From: a virus
Taxonomy: Duplodnaviria > Caudoviricetes
Reading direction: 5' to 3' (one strand)
Virus record (IMG/VR): IMGVR_UViG_3300020457_000007
Span: 1-64,000 of that record
DNA: 64,000 nt
The position numbers and the translations under genes were made by a program. Positions within the stretch are counted from its first letter, which is position 1; every line of letters starts with the position of its first letter. The notes beneath the pieces were generated by a model that searched no databases, had not been told where the DNA came from, and saw nothing but the letters and a program-made list of their open reading frames with translations. Below are positions 55,701 to 64,000 of the stretch, piece by piece.

Positions 55701-58700
55701 TCTGCATAGAAAGGAACACCACCACGCTCCAATTCAAATATAGTCTGAGCATCATTGAACTGTGCTTCAATGGAGTCCATCTTATAGTACTTACCGTGCT
55801 TGAATCCAAAGAATTTCTGTTGAACACCAGGAGAGATAATAGCAGTAGCACCAACATTAGCAATAGCTAGTGATGCTTCACTCTGTATATCTTCACCATT
55901 CAAGAATTCCTTCTTAGTCATCTCAACCTGTATACGGTTAGGATTAGGGAAGTCCTGAGTTATCGTCATTAGATAATTCTTCTGATTAAACGCAGTCTCT
56001 TTAATTGTATTAAGAACAATACTGAATAGTGAGTTAATAGCAGATTCAACCTGTGCACACTGAGGCATTGAATCAACAGTGATTGTCAAATCTCTATTAG
56101 CAGTTAGAGAACTATAAACAATAGGCCATCTCTCTGGAATAGTTCTAGTTACACCAGATTCAAATGTAGTTGGGTTCTGTACAGCATTCTCAATTAGACC
56201 CACAAATGTATCAACAGCAGATTCAACCTGTGCACATTCGTTAGACTCCTTGGTAATACTAGGATCTTTAATCTGTATTAAACCGTGTGTTCCAACTGCA
56301 TTAACTGTGTTGTTACGTATAATGTTAGCAAGAATAGTCTTAAGATGTCCCATTACATTCAACACCTCAGGTACTGAGTGCTGAATATGCTCTAGGTATC
56401 CATCTCTGTCGATGAATAGATCAGCAGCATCCCAAACCTTGTTGTTACCACCATACTTGAGGTTCCATACAATTGCTTCTAGAATATCCTTAACGTCATC
56501 AACACAATCACCAAGTGCATCGTGTGATGATGCTCTAGGATAGGTATGAGTTGTAGCGTGATCATCCATACCACAAGTTAATGTGATAGTGTCAGGGAAG
56601 AACTTAATTCCTGTATGTCTACCTAATCTATGTGTACCAACGTCCATCATCATATCACCTGTTGCAGGATCATATGTAAGAATAGATGGTTCGTAAGGTA
56701 ATGGTTCAGATTTACCAACGTGTACTGTAATAGTAGTAGCATCTACAGATTTAACTGTAATAGATCTACCATATACAGGATCACCAACTCTAGGATATGA
56801 ATGAGGAGTTTCATTCGCATCCATAGCACATCTCATTATAATGCTATTGGCCAGAATAGTAATAGTGTTGGATGTAGTAATAGAGTGACCACTACCAAGA
56901 GTAAGCACCATATCACCAGTGGATGCATCGTACGCAACATCTGTTGGCTTGAATTTCGCACCCGTGTTAACAGTAATAGCATCATCTAATGCCCTATCGA
57001 AAGTATGAGTGTAACTACCACCTGTAATCAATGATGCCTTCTTAACACTATTAGGAAGAGCACTTTGGAATACGTGGTTAGTAGTATTGCTTGATGGTAC
57101 AGTTGTATTAACTGTTATTTCAAATTGATTTAAAGAAGTATTGCTTATCTGGAACCAACCATCAGATGCCCAGTCTTTCTTATGCTTAATCGCATTTGAG
57201 ACTCCTGAGACAAAGGAATGATCAGTAACATTAGTAGAAGGAAGGATGTCTAATACTGTAACATCAAAAGCATTACCAGTAGCATTAGAAATCTCTAGCC
57301 ATCTGTTACTTGGATAGTCTGTATACCTAGGATAAGGATGCTGTGATGAATTAGTATCTTCAAGACAAGTAAATGTCAACGCACCATCGTCAAACTTGAT
57401 CCAATCACCATTGGATAAGTTGTGTGCAACAGTTGTACGTACTGATAGTACACCTGTACTAGGATCATAGGTAGTACCTGTATCAGCAGTAAACATATCC
57501 GTTATTGCTCTAGGATATGCGTGATCATCAGCCTGTCCATTTTCATCACAACGGAATGTGACAGCACCAATATCTAATTTAACCCAGTCGCCATTACTAT
57601 ATCCGTGATCTGCAATGGTAAGTACCATCTTACCATCATTAGGAGTATAGACAGCATTAGTAGGTGTCTTACCTACCTGTTGTACAAACTGATGAGTGCT
57701 ATCATTAGAAGACTTACCGATATTAGTTACGATAACACCGTCTTGCCTGATAATACCATTAGTGTAAGCAGAAACAAATGTATGATCAGTTTCATTACTG
57801 GATGGTATAGTTGTTAAGCACTGTATCTCAAATGTATTAGGTGTAACATTTGATACCTCTATCCACTTATCACTAATTGGGTCAGTAGATCTTGGATATG
57901 CGTGATTAGTCTGGTTACCATCTTCATCACAAGTAAATGTGAGTGAATGATCCATCAACTTGATGTAATCACCATCTGTTAGACCGTGACCATATGTTGT
58001 AACACCACTAGAACCAGCACCTTGGAATGTATGAGGGAAGTTATGGCTAATAGTACCTTGACCACCATTTACATTAACTGTAATAGTTGTAGCATCCTTC
58101 TTAAGGACAGGTAACCAAGTGTCATAGGCATAATCAGCACCACTTGTAGTATTAGCACCTACTGCTCTAGGATATGTCTTAGTTTGTACAACTCCATTAT
58201 ATTCACAACTGAATGATAGTGAATCAGCAGTAAGTTTGATCTTATCGTAGCAAGTTAAACTGTGTGCACCGATAGTCAACTGCATATCACCAGATGCAGG
58301 ACTATAAGCAGCATCAGTTACAGTAAATTGTTGTGTAGGTACTGTTATTTCTACTACTCCAGTCTCAGGGTTATATCCAGCATTAGTAGCAGTAAGAGGT
58401 GTACCTTCATACTTGATATAAGCAGCATCATCATAATATGGATCAGCAATTATGCCCACTCCAACCTTGATTGGTGTAGCAGAACTAACGAATGTATGTG
58501 TATAATTACCTCCACTAACAACTGCTCCACCAGTAGCACTAATGAAGGTGTGAGGGTAGTTATGACTGATAGCACCTTGACCACCATTAACGTTAATGGT
58601 AATTGTAGTTGCATCTGCTGATATAATGTCTAATGCAGTGTCGTATGCATAGTCTTCACCATTAGATGTGTTAGCACCAGAAGCACGAGGGTATGTTCTC

Positions 58701-61700
58701 TGTGCTACACCACCATTATCACACTCAAACAGCAATGAATCGGTAGTTAACTTGATAGCGGTACCGACTGCTAGACTATGTGAACCAATTGTCAATACCA
58801 TCTCACCTGTAACAGGATCATATGTAGCATTTGATACATTATGATTGACTAGAGGTGTAGTACCAACATTAACAGTAATGGTATTAGAAGTAGTTGCTGT
58901 GATAGAAAGATTCTTACCACTAACAGGATCTGTTGCTCTTGGATATTGCTTAGGTGAACCATTACCATCCATTGCACAGTTGAAAGTCAAGGCCCCATCA
59001 GGGATCTGGACTAACTCACCTGTAGTGAATGAATGAGGTCCAATATTCATTTCTAATAGACCGTCAGCTGGTGTGTAAGTTGCATCAGTTACACTACGCA
59101 AGTTACCAGTAGCCATTCTTGCTACTGATTCCTCAGCAACGAAAGTCTTATTATCTTTTATTAGTTTTGCAGCATCAATGAATGTATTTGCTACAGGGTT
59201 GTCAATATTGTAAGGATCTGCATATACACCTATAGAATTAGCTAATGCACTCTTGAATGTATGAGCATAGTTACCACCAGAGATGATAGAATCAGCAGCA
59301 GCAGTTACAAACTTATGAGTATATGCACCACCACTAATAACTGCACCAGGAAGTGCATCAACAAATGTATGAGGTGTAACGTTAGTAGAAGGTGCTACAT
59401 TAAGGATATTAATAGTAATGGATGTATTAGTTACTGACTTAATATTGATTGCTGTATCATAGAATGGATCCACCTTCTGTTTGATACCATCAGCTGTAGC
59501 AGAAACAAATACGTGTGTATCAGTATTGGTAGAAGGAATTGCATCAAGAACAGTTACTACGAATGTATCAGTTGTAACATTTGATACCTTTAACCATCTA
59601 TCGTTAGGATAATCTCCTGTTCTAGGATATGTTTTTGCTTGACCATTACTTCCAACACCAACATTAACTGTAATTGTTGTAGCATCAACAGAATCAATAG
59701 CTATCGCTGTGTTGTATACAGGGTCAGTTGTACGTGGGTATGTGTGGACAGTTGCGTGACTGTCTGCATCACAAGTGAATGAAAGTGAATTAGCAGCAAT
59801 AGTAATAGTGTCGCTAGTTGTTAGAGAATGATTTCCTATTGTAAGAATCATTACTCCTGTACCGAAGTTATAGTCTGCTCCAATAACATTGAAGTTGCTT
59901 CCACCAGAGGAAACAGCATCGATAGCAGTACCACCAACGTAGGTATGAGTACCAGCACCATATGTGCAAGTTAATGTAAGTGAATTATCTTCAAACTTAA
60001 TCCAATCACCATCTGCCATATTATGTGCAGATGTTGTTGTAACAAGCATCTCACCATTTACAGGATTATATGAAGTTCCAGTAGTAGCAGTATGACTATA
60101 GGTATCTGGTCTAGGATATGACTTATTACCAGAACCGTGAGTACAACTAAAGATTAAAGAGCTGTCTCGTAACTTAATACTTGTATTTGCTGCTAGTGTA
60201 TGATTACCAATAGTCAACTCCATATCACCTGTAACAGGATCATAGGCAGCATCCGACACATCGTGAGTAACTAAAGGTGTTTGTCCAACCTGTAGTGTAA
60301 TCTTACCTTTCTCAAGTTCAATACCATCAGTAAGAGCACTTACAAATGTATGAGTATCAAGGTTAGAAGAAGGAAGAGTGTCTAAGCACTGTATATCAAA
60401 TGTATTTGTAGTTACATTAGAGATAGGAATAAACTTACCACTGATAGGATCAGAAGAACGTGGATATGCAGAACCAGGAGAACTTACGCCAACATTAACT
60501 GTAATAGTACCACTACCTTGATCTACTGCTTTAATAGCAATTGGTAGATTGTATGCTGGATCTGTTGCTCTAGGATAAGAATGGTCAGTTGCAAAGTTGT
60601 CTTCGTCACATCTGAATACTAATGAACCACCAGCTATAGTAACTGTATCTACAATAGTAAGAGTATGAGTACCAATAGTTAATGATAAGTCACCGTTAGA
60701 TGGATTATAAGAAGCATTAGTAACATTAAATGATGCACCACCTGTGACAGTTACAGCATTGGTTGCAGTACCACCAACATAATTGTGAACTCCACCACCA
60801 TAGGTACAACTAAAGGTTAAAGCACCGTCAGCAAGTTTAACATTGTCACCAGCTTCAAATCCGTGGTCTGTAACCTGAATTGTAACAATACCTGTTGTAG
60901 GATTATAGCTAGCGGTCTCTGCTGTATGGAATGTGGATCCAGTACTTACAATATTAAATGCTTTGTCGTAGAAAGGATCAGTTGTTCTTGGATAAGTCTT
61001 AACTGAGTCTCTATGATCCATCTCACACTTGAATGAGAGGGAGTTAGGAGCAATCTTAACAGCAGTATTAGGAGAAAGATTATGAGAACCAATATCAAGT
61101 GTCATAAGACCCGTTGTTGGATCATATGAACCGTCTGTTGGTGTATGTGTGATATTAGATGTTGTACCTACGTTAACAGTGACTGTATCATCTGTTACTT
61201 GAGTAATATCAAGGGTTGATCTGTATGCAGGATCTCCTTGTCTTGGATATGTCTTATCGGATGTCTGTCCATCCATATCACAACTCCAAGTCATCGAGTT
61301 ATCAGCAATCGCTATGAAGTCTGCTGTAGTAAGCTCGTGATTTGGTATTGTTAGTACTAGTGTACCACTAGTAGCAGAGTAAGTAGCATCTGTAGGTTGC
61401 AATCTGAAGTCAGATGCAGCTGCTCTCTGGAAATCATATAGATTGTCTATACCAAACTTATTACGTACTGCAAGGATAACCATATCCTTCAAATACTTCA
61501 TAGACCATAGAGTTGCCTCTACTTCACCTTCAATATGCTTAATACCACTATTAGGATCTGAAGGATCTAAAAGATACTCTTTAGCAGCATCAAATGTATT
61601 ACTGTTACCACCTTGAATAAGGTCATCTGCCATTGCTCTCAAGACAGACTTAAGGTCAACAATACACTGATTTCTTCCTAGACCTGGATATTGGAAATAC

Positions 61701-64000
61701 TCAGGTGCAAATTTACTTGTATTGTCTAATATGAATACTGCTTCCTCTGCTAGTACAGCAGCGTTGTTATCGATGATATTTGCAGCATCTAGGAATCTAT
61801 TATCTGAGAAATACCTCTTAGCTACGATTTCACCTCTAGCACCAGAAGTTTGTCCAACAACATAGTCATTTACTAGCCAGTTGGTTGCATCACCAATTTC
61901 AAGTTCTACAATCTTACCAACCTGTCTAGGTGGTTCTGTAAAGGTTATTTTACCATTTCCAGGATTAGTTGTTAAAGTAAAGGCAACATCGGGTTCCTGG
62001 ATAACACCATCTAAAGAAACGTATAAATGGTCTCCATCTACAATAGGAATGCCTAAATCGAATTCTGTAGTAGTACCATCGAATAGAGAAGTGATATTGT
62101 TCGCTTCTCGCATATATTCGGCATTATTCGCATCATCTTGGAATTTCATCGACTTTCCGTAGAAAGTCACGCCTGGTACAAATATACCAGTACTAGGATC
62201 AGTATATGGTCCTAATGGTGCAGAAGCGAATGTAATGGTAGATCCAGCAACTGTATACGCAGTATCAGGATCCTGAAGAACACCGTCCAATGTAACGACT
62301 AATTGAGTTGCTCTGAACGGAACAAGCACCTCATTGATATCTTTCTTGAATAATGTAAATTGAGTCGTACCAGTGATTGTACCATCTGCTTGAACAGCAC
62401 CATCGAAGGCTGGTGAGATTGCTAGGTCAAATACTTCAATTTCAACGTTATTCTGTTCACTATAGTTAATAGTTCCTGTACCACGTTGTTTCGACATAGA
62501 ATCGACTCTAACGTGAGATTGAGTGATTCTTCTCGACTTATGAGCACAAGTAACACCTAAAACGCCAGGTTCGATGATACTCATCACCGCACCGTATCCA
62601 TTGTCCTTTGTGCCACTTTGAGGAGTGTCTATGGTCTCTGGTTGTGTTCCATCACCTTGAGACTCAATTAAGACTTCTCCAAAGAGGTTAAATCCAGCTG
62701 GATGGGTAAAACGCTTAACAAAGTCTCTCCAGTCGTTAATAGAGACTGTAGACTTAACTACGTAAGAATAATCTTGATAATAGACTCCATCTTGGACTTT
62801 CTGTGAAACAGCACTTAATTTACTTCTATCACTCGAATATGAACCAACTGAAGTACTTGTAGGTCCAATTTGCGGAGTTATGTTAGCTACGTAGATAACT
62901 TGGATACTTGCAGTAGCACGAAGTGTCTCACCGTAGATTTGATACCTAGAATCGAATTTTCCGTAGATACCCTTCAAACGAAGAATATTCATTCCATCAA
63001 CCCAGTAATCAACTCTACCAGAAGCAATCATATCTCCAGCTAAGTTTCTTTGCGTTATTAGCTCTCCATTCAAGAATGCCTTGTCGGGCATATCTCTTAG
63101 AGTCATAACAATGGGTGGATTGACTTGAGGTGCTAAAGTTGGGTCATTATTGAAGTCTTTACCCGAAGATATGATTTCTAGGGTTGCCAACTTACCAATA
63201 TCAGTTCCTTGAGCAAATAACTTAGTATCTGACTCATAAAGTCGTAAAGTAGTCGTATCTGCGTAATTAACTCCTTCATCAATCGGAATAATACGAGAAA
63301 CCGATCCGTCTGCCCTTAATTCGATTGTAAACTTAGCATTTGCTCCATCACCCCTATTTTCAAGCAATACAATGGGTTTAGAGTAATTTAATCCAGTATC
63401 TGTAACTGTAACTGATGTAATACGTCCTTCAGTAAGATTAACAGTAAATGCACCTCTAAAACGCTTGTTTAAGAAGACACCAGGCACTTGAGGTGGCATC
63501 GTATAGTTTTTACCACCACTGATGACTTTAACCCTCTTAATCGCTCCTACAGCGTATAGAGAGTCGGTATAATATTGAACATTCGTAAATCCTTCATTTT
63601 GAGGAGTCTGCTTTAACCTATAAGCAAATTCGTACTCATAGCCATAGAATACAGCGTGCTTACCTGCAAATGGGTCTTCTACAAGAGTAAAGAACTGATC
63701 TTCAGCATCTATCTTCGCAGATACCTCTCCATAGTAAATTTTGGTAGGAATGTCTAGTACAGGTGTACTCTTCCAAGTAGTACCGTCTACTGGTATACCA
63801 TATCCAAGTTGGAACGTACTAAATGACCCAGTATTACCAGGTTTTACAGTTGACTGGTACGCTTGTACTAGTTCAGTAGTTCTATAGACGTTTTCGTAGA
63901 ATTTAAGATTTCTATTGACTAATGATGGATCAGAAGTATCAAAAAGATAACGATAAGTCTTTTGACACTCAATACTGATATTTCTATTCCATTCTGTCTG
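52760..64000 (-). CDS. gp7: Giant baseplate wedge initiator-like structural protein (over 3700 aa; 5' end beyond the window)
   Basis: Frame is open from 64000 by manual translation, so the ORF track ATG at 63499 is internal. QDGVYYQDYSYVVKS...HPAGFNLFGE motif and position upstream of gp8. Confidence 0.8.
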   Translation of the reverse strand, partial: QTEWNRNISIECQKTYRYLFDTSDPSLVNRNLKFYENVYRTTELVQAYQSTVKPGNTGSFSTFQLGYGIPVDGTTWKSTPVLDIPTKIYYGEVSAKIDAEDQFFTLVEDPFAGKHAVFYGYEYEFAYRLKQTPQNEGFTNVQYYTDSLYAVGAIKRVKVISGGKNYTMPPQVPGVFLNKRFRGAFTVNLTEGRITSVTVTDTGLNYSKPIVLLENRGDGANAKFTIELRADGSVSRIIPIDEGVNYADTTTLRLYESDTKLFAQGTDIGKLATLEIISSGKDFNNDPTLAPQVNPPIVMTLRDMPDKAFLNGELITQRNLAGDMIASGRVDYWVDGMNILRLKGIYGKFDSRYQIYGETLRATASIQVIYVANITPQIGPTSTSVGSYSSDRSKLSAVSQKVQDGVYYQDYSYVVKSTVSINDWRDFVKRFTHPAGFNLFGEVLIESQGDGTQPETIDTPQSGTKDNGYGAVMSIIEPGVLGVTCAHKSRRITQSHVRVDSMSKQRGTGTINYSEQNNVEIEVFDLAISPAFDGAVQADGTITGTTQFTLFKKDINEVLVPFRATQLVVTLDGVLQDPDTAYTVAGSTITFASAPLGPYTDPSTGIFVPGVTFYGKSMKFQDDANNAEYMREANNITSLFDGTTTEFDLGIPIVDGDHLYVSLDGVIQEPDVAFTLTTNPGNGKITFTEPPRQVGKIVELEIGDATNWLVNDYVVGQTSGARGEIVAKRYFSDNRFLDAANIIDNNAAVLAEEAVFILDNTSKFAPEYFQYPGLGRNQCIVDLKSVLRAMADDLIQGGNSNTFDAAKEYLLDPSDPNSGIKHIEGEVEATLWSMKYLKDMVILAVRNKFGIDNLYDFQRAAASDFRLQPTDATYSATSGTLVLTIPNHELTTADFIAIADNSMTWSCDMDGQTSDKTYPRQGDPAYRSTLDITQVTDDTVTVNVGTTSNITHTPTDGSYDPTTGLMTLDIGSHNLSPNTAVKIAPNSLSFKCEMDHRDSVKTYPRTTDPFYDKAFNIVSTGSTFHTAETASYNPTTGIVTIQVTDHGFEAGDNVKLADGALTFSCTYGGGVHNYVGGTATNAVTVTGGASFNVTNASYNPSNGDLSLTIGTHTLTIVDTVTIAGGSLVFRCDEDNFATDHSYPRATDPAYNLPIAIKAVDQGSGTITVNVGVSSPGSAYPRSSDPISGKFIPISNVTTNTFDIQCLDTLPSSNLDTHTFVSALTDGIELEKGKITLQVGQTPLVTHDVSDAAYDPVTGDMELTIGNHTLAANTSIKLRDSSLIFSCTHGSGNKSYPRPDTYSHTATTGTSYNPVNGEMLVTTTSAHNMADGDWIKFEDNSLTLTCTYGAGTHTYVGGTAIDAVSSGGSNFNVIGADYNFGTGVMILTIGNHSLTTSDTITIAANSLSFTCDADSHATVHTYPRTTDPVYNTAIAIDSVDATTITVNVGVGSNGQAKTYPRTGDYPNDRWLKVSNVTTDTFVVTVLDAIPSTNTDTHVFVSATADGIKQKVDPFYDTAINIKSVTNTSITINILNVAPSTNVTPHTFVDALPGAVISGGAYTHKFVTAAADSIISGGNYAHTFKSALANSIGVYADPYNIDNPVANTFIDAAKLIKDNKTFVAEESVARMATGNLRSVTDATYTPADGLLEMNIGPHSFTTGELVQIPDGALTFNCAMDGNGSPKQYPRATDPVSGKNLSITATTSNTITVNVGTTPLVNHNVSNATYDPVTGEMVLTIGSHSLAVGTAIKLTTDSLLFECDNGGVAQRTYPRASGANTSNGEDYAYDTALDIISADATTITINVNGGQGAISHNYPHTFISATGGAVVSGGNYTHTFVSSATPIKVGVGIIADPYYDDAAYIKYEGTPLTATNAGYNPETGVVEITVPTQQFTVTDAAYSPASGDMQLTIGAHSLTCYDKIKLTADSLSFSCEYNGVVQTKTYPRAVGANTTSGADYAYDTWLPVLKKDATTITVNVNGGQGTISHNFPHTFQGAGSSGVTTYGHGLTDGDYIKLMDHSLTFTCDEDGNQTNHAYPRSTDPISDKWIEVSNVTPNTFEIQCLTTIPSSNETDHTFVSAYTNGIIRQDGVIVTNIGKSSNDSTHQFVQQVGKTPTNAVYTPNDGKMVLTIADHGYSNGDWVKLDIGAVTFRCDENGQADDHAYPRAITDMFTADTGTTYDPSTGVLSVRTTVAHNLSNGDWIKFDDGALTFTCLEDTNSSQHPYPRYTDYPSNRWLEISNATGNAFDVTVLDILPSTNVTDHSFVSGVSNAIKHKKDWASDGWFQISNTSLNQFEITVNTTVPSSNTTNHVFQSALPNSVKKASLITGGSYTHTFDRALDDAITVNTGAKFKPTDVAYDASTGDMVLTLGSGHSITTSNTITILANSIIMRCAMDANETPHSYPRVGDPVYGRSITVKSVDATTITVHVGKSEPLPYEPSILTYDPATGDMMMDVGTHRLGRHTGIKFFPDTITLTCGMDDHATTHTYPRASSHDALGDCVDDVKDILEAIVWNLKYGGNNKVWDAADLFIDRDGYLEHIQHSVPEVLNVMGHLKTILANIIRNNTVNAVGTHGLIQIKDPSITKESNECAQVESAVDTFVGLIENAVQNPTTFESGVTRTIPERWPIVYSSLTANRDLTITVDSMPQCAQVESAINSLFSIVLNTIKETAFNQKNYLMTITQDFPNPNRIQVEMTKKEFLNGEDIQSEASLAIANVGATAIISPGVQQKFFGFKHGKYYKMDSIEAQFNDAQTIFELERGGVPFYAERSQNVVVILNGVIQQNRIAYRIEDNIIVFQEAPSEGSECFILYFYGLDPERVLLGFNIEPEGTFKKFFRLTVDQQIVLPLEGADCWISTDPNGGTHTYEYSYARGRIYKQNWAPGARNLLFVEGVTGQKVNWLNGTLSLTRDRGASASLLDVTVNAVEESTNSDLREKLFNRQDRIPSTLKTGDFIQIDGEADSRSIIRAAREALVTSGYDSDTTVGSFFRSYEYEVVINVGAYSGQIEGDGAQAVARIDAELRYHSLTSSRQAGVEFLPNDVVCQYNDQNDINSGIVWQGTVKNYIPARKTLELYSLYLDGSGYTDPVAANFRPGEKVYINNVAGTECTGLQYLKPGGVNSIVLSKRDNSTYFDNVANWRQDNVLNKGKDLMGGGFVPQNASANNISQEYDFSSSIYSGDLQDQISKNYREPPVMIFRSQPEVDSNGDPVGAPAGGGARANAIAVRGEIADTEIISGGSGYKVPPQILFTRGYFVIRKNPLDIKNLTTFGIEPVGIDAAAKLHSYLSVIKKGGAQTTWAQWAAVVPYGVTLVFGNAGGSAYLLNRTYDPVIHIRKIIDLQDLATKGQPQILVELKPEQTRVQYLKTNVTNTQCSGGVQGVSVAVTKYKFTETKLTAQSGAIEKQAGTNPQMKGVKETFSPGNLGPHLNYLQSFKFEIQPQSTTNNNGYYTDGMGRTIQYIMGDMNIGWWSEKYPNLTIEDFENPEVYNSQVNDPGDTNNFVYMQGSEVHFGTKLTYSALDNPNGSDTILVDSTAGFPASGGAFIIGSAADQSKVEKITYTQAFPDRFVGCTRVNPLGVVEKGFSAYDFNTTNVGASVVSGGTVFDSNINYLLFSGVSGARSATFAPTDLTTYNTVTFSAIRGDGSNGGNAPGSAVNDLMLSYSIDGGTTFIDIGSVVTYSQANYTSWNTITQNIPANAQTATTIIRIYMADSTNMTSDQYGVRLMWFNDANTDSYVAGDYIITADLDL
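56525..61400 (-). repeat. About 15 degenerate 80-100-aa intragenic repeats (YxPxxG..LTIGxH..LxFxC..YPR..DP..ITVNVG..HTFVSA)
   Basis: Counted from the YxPxxG starts in the translation. Confidence 0.85.

Noticed and set aside
56039-56236. Exact 21-bp direct repeat AGCAGATTCAACCTGTGCACA at 56039-56059 and 56216-56236
   Set aside because: Only two copies, both encoding the paralogous CAQVESA helix; not a CRISPR array or att site.
1821-62162. Many plus-strand ORFs of 60-130 aa in the ORF track (for example 1821..2180, 12699..13052, 41578..41970, 58262..58621)
   Set aside because: They are antisense shadows of well-supported minus-strand genes and have no recognisable motifs.
63497-63499. ATG 63499 as the start of the giant gene
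   Set aside because: The frame stays open and protein-like up to position 64000, so the real start is outside the window.
1-64000. tRNA, rRNA, CRISPR arrays, transposases or integrases
   Set aside because: Intergenic gaps are very short and none showed a cloverleaf, repeat-spacer pattern or recombinase motif by eye. A tRNAscan-SE or Infernal run would be needed to exclude small RNAs formally.

Overview
This 64-kb window is part of a T4-like marine cyanomyovirus genome (Kyanoviridae-like; host probably Prochlorococcus or Synechococcus, inferred from gene content, a PsbN-like gene and low GC). Almost all genes are on the minus strand. In transcription order (right to left) it holds a giant gp7-like baseplate protein that runs off the right edge, gp8, a 2752-aa VrlC/DUF4815-type virion protein, a cluster of modular tail-fibre and adaptor genes, and gp13-14-15-16. 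A roughly 7-kb island of membrane and signal-peptide proteins, including a three-gene plus-strand operon, separates gp16 from gp17. Then come gp17-18-19-20, the prohead genes gp21-22-23, gp3, uvsY, uvsW, gp55, gp47, gp46, and a HEXXH/VWA (CobT-like) gene that runs off the left edge. Many T4-type late promoters (TATAAATA/CTAAATA) and a few sigma70-type promoters are visible. I saw no tRNA, rRNA, CRISPR array, integrase or intein. The most notable observations are: (i) two phycobiliprotein-like helical domains with both bilin-site-equivalent cysteines, nested with about 15 beta-repeats inside the gp7-like protein; (ii) a repeated plug-and-socket terminal-motif pattern across the fibre genes; (iii) the envelope-protein island between the terminase genes, including a gene with no canonical start codon; and (iv) a small basic ORF fused in frame through an early promoter to the peptidase gene. 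All family calls were made by eye, without database searches.
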